Of a stretch of 64,000 bases of DNA, positions 57,313 to 64,000 are shown in pieces (within the stretch, counting starts at the first letter, position 1; each line of letters opens with the position of its first letter). Below the pieces are notes generated by a model. That model did no database searches. It saw nothing but the letters and a program-made list of their open reading frames with translations, and was not told the origin of the DNA. The DNA is from Myxococcales bacterium (GTDB lineage Bacteria > Myxococcota_A > Polyangia > Polyangiales > DASUME01), in assembly GCA_047601445.1 (NCBI GenBank), contig JASGJH010000001.1, positions 3,424,001-3,488,000 on the forward strand. The letters run 5' to 3'. Made by a program: the position numbers and the translations under genes.

Positions 57313-58386
57313 ATGATGTGCACACGCCCAGGGCGTACCGCGCGCGAACGCGCGTCACGAGCGAAGGACGGCGGGCCTCAGTCGCACGCCTCTCTCCTGC
57401 ACGCCCCGCGCGCCGAGCGAGCGCCAGCGCTTCGATACGCGCTCGGGGTGGCGAGCCTGGCTCTGTTGCCCGCGTGCGGCTTCATCGGCTTCGAAGGTCA
57501 CACTCCGGACGCCAGCACGACTCCCCCGGGAATGCCCGGACACGACGCCTCCACGAGCATGGACGCCGCCGTGCATGACGCTGCGCCCGAGCCCGGCATC
57601 GACTCCGCTGTGATCCCCGACACGGGAGTGCCCGTGGCAGACGCAGCACCCGACGCGTTCGTGGATCCCGATCCACCGGCGACCCGGGTCAACGACTACT
57701 GCGTGTCCATCCCGCGCTTGCAGCGCGATCCCGTGATCGACGGCAAGGTGGACTCGCACCTCAACATGGTGGACCTTCAGCCGAAGGGCTGGGCGGGCTA
57801 CAAGAGCGCGCCGCTGCCGACCCACACCACGGCCACCTTCGCCTTCGCCTGGCGTCCCAATGGGCTCTACGTGTTCATCCACGTGGTCGATCCCAACCGT
57901 TTGCCCCCACCCGCCGACGCCTTCATCTGGCAAGGCGACGGTGTGGAGGTCTACTTCGACACGGATGGCCAACATCCGAACGCGCCCGAGTACGAGAACC
58001 CGGGCACGATCCAGATCATCGTCGAGGCCCCGGCGGACAACACCACCCCCGCCACGCGCAGCGAGCGCTTCTCCAAGGGCGCCACCCAGGGCAACTGGGC
58101 CTCGTCCGACTACGCCACCTTCCCCACGGACGACGGCTACGTGTTCGAGGGCTTCGTGCAGGCCGATGCGGTGAACGCGTCGAGCCTGATGTTGCAGCGC
58201 GACAATACGGTGGGTGTCGATCTCAGCATCAACGTCTCGGTGCTCGACGATCAGGTCGACGCTGGCGTGGGCGACGTGCTGCGCCTGGGCCAGTACTTCC
58301 TGAGCACCAGCGCGTCCACGCCGAGCTGCGGCGGCCTGCCGTTCTGCGATTCGGCCGCGCTTTGCTCGCCCATGCTGGTGGACTGA
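57313..58386 (+). CDS. Lipoprotein with CBM9-like (DOMON-like) sugar-binding domain; start uncertain
   Basis: Lipobox LPAC; DAS/DAA linker; PVIDG, FAWRPNGLYVFIHVVD, WQGDGVEVYFD, DGYVFE. Confidence 0.75.
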   Translation: MMCTRPGRTARERASRAKDGGPQSHASLLHAPRAERAPALRYALGVASLALLPACGFIGFEGHTPDASTTPPGMPGHDASTSMDAAVHDAAPEPGIDSAVIPDTGVPVADAAPDAFVDPDPPATRVNDYCVSIPRLQRDPVIDGKVDSHLNMVDLQPKGWAGYKSAPLPTHTTATFAFAWRPNGLYVFIHVVDPNRLPPPADAFIWQGDGVEVYFDTDGQHPNAPEYENPGTIQIIVEAPADNTTPATRSERFSKGATQGNWASSDYATFPTDDGYVFEGFVQADAVNASSLMLQRDNTVGVDLSINVSVLDDQVDAGVGDVLRLGQYFLSTSASTPSCGGLPFCDSAALCSPMLVD

Positions 58387-58489
58387 CGCAGACGCGGGCC
58401 AAGGCCCGAATGGAGCGCAGCCATGCAGTCGCGCGTTCGGCTCGCGCGCCGGCCGAGGATTTCGGTCGAAACGGCGTCCGCTTGGACGC

Positions 58490-60097
58490 CTAGTCTTCGA
58501 GGCGCGCCTTGGCGGTGGTGCTGCCCTTGCGCGCCGCGCCTTGCCAGGCGTCCTTGGCGAGACCGGGCTTGCCGGCAGCCTTGTAGGCGTCGCCGAGCAG
58601 CACCTGGTAGCTCACCTGCGCAGGACGCAGCTTCACCAGCTGCTTGGCGAGGTTCACGGCCGCCTTCCCGTCGCGCTGCAAGATCGCGACCTGCACCAGG
58701 CCCGCCAGTGCGCGCGGGTAGCCCGGATACAGAGCCAGCGCATCGCGATACTTGGCACGCGCGGGGGCGAGCTTCTTCTTCCTGCGCAGCGCGTGGCCTT
58801 CGTTGACGAGCTTGTTGGCCTTCCCGGCCACGGCCTTGCGCGAAGCGTCGATCTCCACATCGGCGTCTTCCGCGTCGGGATCCGCTTCCGCCACGGCCCC
58901 GGATGCGCTGTCGGTGGCGGCTGGCGCAGCTGCCTCGCCCTCGGGGGTCGGTGCGTCCGCCGGGGGAGCAGGCGCCTCGGCCTGCGGGTCCACCGCGCCG
59001 GCTGCGGGCTCGGACGGCACGGGCTCGGCCGCTGCCGCAACCGCCGCCGCGCTTGCCTCAGCGCGGGGTGCTTCGAGTGCCGCGGGTGCGACCGGCTCGC
59101 TGGGCTGCACCGGAGCAGGCGCCGCCAGCTCGACCTTCTGCTCGGATTTGAGCGCCACCTCGGTCGCGTTGGGTAGAGTCGGCTCGCCCACCGGCAGACG
59201 CCACGTGAACCAGGCCGCTGCCAGCGCCACCGGGATGGCGGCTGCGAGGCCGTAGCCCAGTGCCGAGCGCGGGCGCGGAGCAGGCTCGGTGCTCGGCACG
59301 TGGCGGCGCTCCAGGGTCGCCGCCGGCAGGTCCTCGAGCTCGTTGGCAGCGCGCATGGCGGGCGCGACCGACGGCGCATCCGCATCGGCCGGCGACAGCT
59401 CGCCCAACGATACGTCCTGCGTGCGATCGCTCTCGGCCTCCCGGGAGTTGGCCCGAACCTGCACTTGGCTCTCGCGCTGGGTCACCGCTGCCTGTGGAGG
59501 CGGCGGCAGGGGTGAAGTCCGCGCCGGCGTATCGGCCGCGAAGATCCCCTGCGCCGGAGGCTTCTCTGCGGTCGCCACGCTGGGCAGCGAGGCACGGGGG
59601 CCTGGCGCGGGCAAACCAGCAGGTTGGACAGCTCCCGACGGGGCTGCGGCGCTTGCCGTCGGCGCACCGACGCTCGCGGTTGAGCTGGGCGCGGCGACCG
59701 CGGCAGGGGCTTCCTTCGGCTGCGACTTGGAGGTAACTGCCGGTTCCGGCTTGGAAGCAGCCGGCTCACCCGCCTTGGGCGCGGGCTTCTCCTGCCCCGG
59801 CATCGCCACCGTGGGCAGACCGAACAACGTCTTGCTCTGCGCGGCGCGAGGACGCGGAGCCGGTGCGCTCGCGCGGGCACTCGAGACCTGGACCCGCGCA
59901 GGTGTCTCGGCCAACGAAACCGTGGCGTCCGCGACGGGCTTTCGGAGGTTGAGCGTGGGCTTCAGGTCCGCAAACGACACGGTCGCGTCGGCGCTGGTTG
60001 ACGCCGGCTTCAAAATTGGCGAACCAGATGCCGACGGTTCATCTCGGAACTCCGCCGGTACGGTCCAGCCCTCGCGCGGTGTGGGTCGATGGGACAC
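58490..60097 (-). CDS. Pro/Ala-rich membrane protein with C-terminal TPR domain
   Basis: TM LGYGLAAAIPVALAAAWFTW; TPR domain closely similar to that of 17998-20679. Confidence 0.75.
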   Translation of the reverse strand: MSHRPTPREGWTVPAEFRDEPSASGSPILKPASTSADATVSFADLKPTLNLRKPVADATVSLAETPARVQVSSARASAPAPRPRAAQSKTLFGLPTVAMPGQEKPAPKAGEPAASKPEPAVTSKSQPKEAPAAVAAPSSTASVGAPTASAAAPSGAVQPAGLPAPGPRASLPSVATAEKPPAQGIFAADTPARTSPLPPPPQAAVTQRESQVQVRANSREAESDRTQDVSLGELSPADADAPSVAPAMRAANELEDLPAATLERRHVPSTEPAPRPRSALGYGLAAAIPVALAAAWFTWRLPVGEPTLPNATEVALKSEQKVELAAPAPVQPSEPVAPAALEAPRAEASAAAVAAAAEPVPSEPAAGAVDPQAEAPAPPADAPTPEGEAAAPAATDSASGAVAEADPDAEDADVEIDASRKAVAGKANKLVNEGHALRRKKKLAPARAKYRDALALYPGYPRALAGLVQVAILQRDGKAAVNLAKQLVKLRPAQVSYQVLLGDAYKAAGKPGLAKDAWQGAARKGSTTAKARLED

Positions 60098-60261
60098 TGC
60101 TACATTCCCCCAGTCGGGATCGATTGTACCGAAGGTCCACGGCGCGCTTCACGTGGATGTGCTCACCATTTGTTGGTTTTTCTGTTCGCCTGGGCGCCCA
60201 CCCATGCGCCTCATGTGCGATGCGAGCCCACGGGTCAGGACCCTCGCGCATGGCGATCCGC

Positions 60262-60687
60262 TCAGTTGGAGGCCAGTAGCGCGAGCAGATTGCGAACGGC
60301 GATCACCATCAAGAGGATGGAGCCCGAGGCAAACACCACGAACCTGACCGGCACGAAGTTGACCGTGCACTGGATCAGGGAGTGCAGCACGCGAGCCCCG
60401 ACGTAGGCCCAGGCCAGGGCCACATTGAGCCCGTCGGCCACGCCCACCAGGTGACTGTAGAGCAACAGCGCGTAGAAGAGCGTGGGCTGCTCGTGCAGGT
60501 GGTTGTAGTTGTCGGCGATCTGCTGCACGGGCACCGGCAGCACCTCGAGATCGGACTTGCGCTTGATCTTGGTGGCGTCGACCCCTGCCCTACTCATGGC
60601 CGGGAGACGCGTGGCGTACATCCAGAACCAGATCACGAATGTCCACAGGATGAGGGCCAACATCGGGGTCAGGATGGTCATGGGCAT
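60262..60687 (-). CDS. MAPEG family membrane protein
   Basis: WMYATRLPAM, ADNYNHLHEQPTLFY, YVGARVLHS, RF. Confidence 0.85.
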   Translation of the reverse strand: MPMTILTPMLALILWTFVIWFWMYATRLPAMSRAGVDATKIKRKSDLEVLPVPVQQIADNYNHLHEQPTLFYALLLYSHLVGVADGLNVALAWAYVGARVLHSLIQCTVNFVPVRFVVFASGSILLMVIAVRNLLALLASN

Positions 60688-60769
60688 GCTCCGCAGTCGG
60701 GGATAGCGAATCCGGCAGGCATAGTCGGGAGAGCACGGGAAGACTAGGATTTTGCGTGGGGGGAGCGGG

Positions 60770-60955
60770 ACGAGGAGGACGAACACGGCCACGAGGACGA
60801 GGACGCGCACGACGACGATCACGCGCACGATGACCTTCGATCACGTCCACGTCGCCGACGCCGTCACGGTCCACCACCACGTCCCCGTCCCCGTAGTCGT
60901 GCGCGTGCGCGTGCGCGTGCGCGTCCTCGTGTTCGTGTTCGTGTTCGTCCTCGTT
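60770..60955. repeat. Hexamer-periodic (CACGNN / NNCGTG) long imperfect inverted repeat
   Basis: IR pairs 60797-60811/60916-60930 and 60775-60787/60940-60952; (GTGCGC)n and (GTGTTC)n microrepeats. Confidence 0.8.
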
Positions 60956-61198
60956 TTCGCGCTTTTCCCCCGATTCGTCTCCCCCCTCTGCAACACGTGC
61001 CACGGGACTGCCTCAAGCGCGTGAAATGCTCGTGACGTGGGCACTCTGCACTCAACTCTCGCGCTACATCCCGGCCGATCGCGGTTACAACCGCGTGAGG
61101 AAGACTCAACCCAGCCTGCCATTTCGGCGCGCACACAACACACGGCAGACACGCAAGGTCTGCGCGGACCTTTGAGAGAACCCCAGCGGGAGGATCGC

Positions 61199-61837
61199 AT
61201 GAGCAGCTTCATGGAAGCTCTTGAAGAGCAGCGGTGGGACGACCACCGCTACTACCACCACAACCGGATCAATCAGTCCCTTCACTTCATCAGCTCCTGC
61301 AGCTTCGTCGTGATGTACGTGCTGTTCTTCACCCAGCCGGTGGCGGGTGTGCTGCTGGGGTGGCTGGTCGGCATGGTCACGCGCCAGAGTGGGCACTTCT
61401 TCTTCGAGCCCAAGGACTACGACGTCCACAACCAGGCAACCCACGAGTACAAGGAGCAGGTCAAGCTCGGCTACAACCTCAAGCGCAAGGTCTACCTGTT
61501 CATCGCGCTGGGTCTCGCCACGATCTGGTTCTTCGCGGATCCGACGCTGTTCGGCCTGTTCGAGATGTACACGGACCGCGACAGCATGATCAACAACCTG
61601 GCCAAGGTGTGGCTCGCCGTGGGCGTCGGCGGTCTCCTGTACCGCACCATCCACCTGTTCTTCCTCAAGGACATGCAGACGGGCGTGGTCTGGTTCGTGA
61701 AGATCCTCACGGACCCGTTCAATGACATCAAGCTCTACCACAAGGCGCCCATGCACTTGCTCCGCGGCGAGATGTACGACCCGAACGGTCCGCACCGTCA
61801 CCGCAACGCCTCCAGCACCAAGTCGCACGCAGCCTGA
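61199..61837 (+). CDS. Mpo1/DUF962-like membrane protein
   Basis: GGAGG RBS; HRYYHHNRINQSLH and RQSGHFFFE resemble Mpo1-family His motifs; about 4 TM. Confidence 0.7.
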   Translation: MSSFMEALEEQRWDDHRYYHHNRINQSLHFISSCSFVVMYVLFFTQPVAGVLLGWLVGMVTRQSGHFFFEPKDYDVHNQATHEYKEQVKLGYNLKRKVYLFIALGLATIWFFADPTLFGLFEMYTDRDSMINNLAKVWLAVGVGGLLYRTIHLFFLKDMQTGVVWFVKILTDPFNDIKLYHKAPMHLLRGEMYDPNGPHRHRNASSTKSHAA

Positions 61838-61873
61838 ACCGCGCCTCCGCGCAGGAAGCCTGCCCGACAGCAC

Positions 61874-61912
61874 GAAAGGTCGCGCCTGGAATCAGGCGCG
61901 ACCTTTCTTTGT
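61874..61912 (+). terminator. Intrinsic terminator
   Basis: Perfect 15-bp stem GAAAGGTCGCGCCTG-GAAT-CAGGCGCGACCTTTC followed by TTTGT. Confidence 0.85.
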
Positions 61913-61919
61913 CTTCGGA

Positions 61920-62135
61920 TCGTGGCTGTGAGCGTGGCCGCACCCTTGATGGTGGCCGCGCTCGTGAACGGGAACGATACGGTGAACGTGATCGACGCCG
62001 CGCGGCGATCAGAGAGAGGTAGAGCCGCTTGAGCGTGCAGCCTGGCTGCGATGTTTGGACGCCAGCAGCGGGGCTTGCAGGCTGGTTTACGGCCCGATCG
62101 ATCACGGCCAGGGGTGTTCCCGCTCACGGCCACGG
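61920..62135. repeat. Hexamer-periodic palindromic intergenic element, copy 2
   Basis: GTGGCCGCGCTCGTGAACGGGAACGATACGGTGAACGTGATCGACGCCGCGCGGCGATCAG matches the reverse strand of about 43910-43970; return arm GTTCCCGCTCACGGCCACG near 62116-62134. Confidence 0.75.
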
Positions 62136-62200
62136 GAGGGCACGCCGCAGGTCCTTGGGGCCGCGTTGCGAGCCCTCAGGCGTCCCCTGGCACCCGGCGT

Positions 62201-63904
62201 TCATTCCGCCGGTGCGGCCACGTCGCCACGCGTGAGCATGGGCTCGCGCTTGCGACCGAACGCCGCCGCCAACATCTCCTTGAGCACGCGACGCTTGATG
62301 GCCTTGTTCGTTAGCGCCGCGTCTTGCCACCACCAGCCGTCTTGCTGCATGGCCCGCGCGGCCGCGCAGAAGCGCTCCGCGAAGCGCGCGAAGTCTTGCT
62401 CGGAGTAGTTGAGGCTAAAGATCAGACGGCCCGTGCCGACCCAGCTCAGCGCCACGCCCTCGGCCCGCAGATAGTACTGGAACATCCAGTTGTAGCGAGA
62501 AGGCCGCGTGTAGCTCACGGTCCAGATGGTCGAGAGGTTTTGCACCTCCACGGGCAGGTCATCGGCCTTGAGCCGCGCGTTGAGCTGCGCCGCCCTTCCG
62601 TTCCACAACGCGTCCAAGTTCTCGTACATGCCGCTCAACGCGGGGTCCTCGAGCCGCGTCAGGAACTCGTGCATGGCCCCCATCACGTAGGGATGGGAGT
62701 TGAAGGTGCCACGGGCGAAGCAGATGTCGGCCGGGCGGTCGTCGCGGAAGCGCTTCATCAGCTCGTGCCGTCCGCATACCACGCCCACCGGGAAGCCCCC
62801 GCCCAGCGTCTTGCCGTAGGTCACCATGTCGGCCTTCACGCCGAAGTACTCCTGGGCTCCGCCCAGCGCGAGCCGGAAGCCCACGAAGACCTCGTCGAAG
62901 ATCAGCACGATGCCACGCTGCGTGCAGACCTCGCGCACCTCCTTGAGCCATGCCGTGTAGGCCTCGCGGTCGAAGTGCGCGCTGCGCCCGCTGTCGAGCA
63001 GCGCCGAGTCCCCCGGCGCGGCGCCGTTGGGGTGGAGGCCCTGCAAGGGGTTCACCAGCACGCACGCGATGTCCTTGCGCGTCCGCAGCACCCGCAGCGT
63101 GTCCTCGCTCATGTCCTTGAGCGTGTAGGTCTCGCGCGCGACCGTGGGGTTGCCAGGACCTGGCTGCACGTCGCCCCACCAACCGTGGTAGGCGCCGCAA
63201 AAGCGCACCAGGTGCGTGCGCTTGGTGTGATAGCGCGCGAGCCGCACGGCCTGCATCACGGCCTCCGTGCCCGACATGTGAAAAGACACTTCGTCGAGGC
63301 CCGAGATCTCCCGCAGGCGCTTGACGTTGTAGGCCATCACCGGGTGATACGAGCCGAGCACCGGACCCAGCTGCTGAGCCTTCTCGACGCCGCGCTGCAT
63401 GCACTCCTTGTAGAAGTCATAGCCGAACACGTTGACGCCGTAGGAGCCCGCCACGTCGAGGAGCTCGTTGCCGTCCAGGTCCTTCAGCGTGACCCCGGAA
63501 GAGGCCGCCAAGAAGGAACCCGCCTTGAGATGCTTGCGCACCAGACGACGATACTGAAAGGGAACGCGGTAATTGGCAGTGAACTGCATGTCCGAGACGC
63601 TGCCCTCGATCTCGGCCGTGGCTTCCACGGTGTCGGCGAAGCGCTCGCGGTACAGCACGCTCAGACGCTCGAAGCCCTCACGTCGTTGTTGGCCGACCGC
63701 CTCCGGTGCGCCGTCGGAGCGAAAGAACTCTTGTTCGTCGTACTCGTAGAAAGGCACGAGACGCGCGAAGCGGCTGGCCATCTTGGAGTGTCCGCGCAGC
63801 GATGGGTGCTTGGCCTTGGACAGCTGCAAACGCGTGCGCACCTTGGAGAGCCCCACGACCGAGGCCCCCCCGAGCAGAGCGTAGTAAAGAGCTAGCGATG
63901 TCAC
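62201..63904 (-). CDS. Class III PLP-dependent aminotransferase (GSA-aminomutase-like) with N-terminal extension
   Basis: SGTEAVMQAVRLAR, GAYHG, LIFDEV, TYGKTLGGGFPVG (PLP Lys), GTFNSHP; about 130-aa extra N-terminus beginning with a hydrophobic segment. Confidence 0.88.
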   Translation of the reverse strand: MTSLALYYALLGGASVVGLSKVRTRLQLSKAKHPSLRGHSKMASRFARLVPFYEYDEQEFFRSDGAPEAVGQQRREGFERLSVLYRERFADTVEATAEIEGSVSDMQFTANYRVPFQYRRLVRKHLKAGSFLAASSGVTLKDLDGNELLDVAGSYGVNVFGYDFYKECMQRGVEKAQQLGPVLGSYHPVMAYNVKRLREISGLDEVSFHMSGTEAVMQAVRLARYHTKRTHLVRFCGAYHGWWGDVQPGPGNPTVARETYTLKDMSEDTLRVLRTRKDIACVLVNPLQGLHPNGAAPGDSALLDSGRSAHFDREAYTAWLKEVREVCTQRGIVLIFDEVFVGFRLALGGAQEYFGVKADMVTYGKTLGGGFPVGVVCGRHELMKRFRDDRPADICFARGTFNSHPYVMGAMHEFLTRLEDPALSGMYENLDALWNGRAAQLNARLKADDLPVEVQNLSTIWTVSYTRPSRYNWMFQYYLRAEGVALSWVGTGRLIFSLNYSEQDFARFAERFCAAARAMQQDGWWWQDAALTNKAIKRRVLKEMLAAAFGRKREPMLTRGDVAAPAE

Positions 63905-64000
63905 GGAGTTCCTCCTAACGACCCGGCTGTCGAAGCGCGCCCTCGGGCGCGCGAGCGGAAAACAGAGGCATGCGCAGGAGCGGTTGGCCCATGCGGATAG

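Noticed and set aside
60590..61212. His-rich (HEHEH/HAHAH) or TRTRT ORFs as metal-binding peptides
   Set aside because: They arise from reading the hexamer repeat and overlap the MAPEG or Mpo1-like gene starts.
62201..63904. Gene symbol hemL
   Set aside because: Long N-terminal extension, divergent motifs and no heme context; only the class III family is supported.

Overview
This is a high-GC (roughly 68-70% by eye), gene-dense chromosomal segment. Its gene content points to Myxococcota, probably Polyangiales-like (inference): a DUF2378 protein, lipoproteins with DAG/DAS linkers, a TonB-dependent receptor with a fused TonB_C domain, and a Hanks kinase. About 48 CDS can be supported. No rRNA, tRNA, CRISPR array, transposase or prophage gene was seen. 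Highlights: (1) a type IA topoisomerase III fused to a RecQ/HRDC helicase; (2) a eukaryote-type sterol C-24 methyltransferase; (3) a candidate ECF sigma regulon read directly from the DNA, where TTGAAC-N15-GGGCA(C/A) lies 5-11 nt upstream of four start codons (ECF sigma, exbB, the TonB-dependent receptor, and an OMP/cytochrome-c lipoprotein operon 12 kb away); (4) a translationally coupled OM barrel - FecR - Ser/Thr kinase cassette followed by a CBM9-like lipoprotein, resembling cell-surface signalling with a kinase in place of a sigma factor; (5) three unrelated families of palindromic intergenic repeats: a composite 4x42 + 5x41 bp array, a ~160 bp MITE-like element, and hexamer-periodic hairpins; (6) four +1 frameshifts, each at or near GAAT(T/C), probably sequencing indels. 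Product calls come from motif recognition only; no database searches were run.
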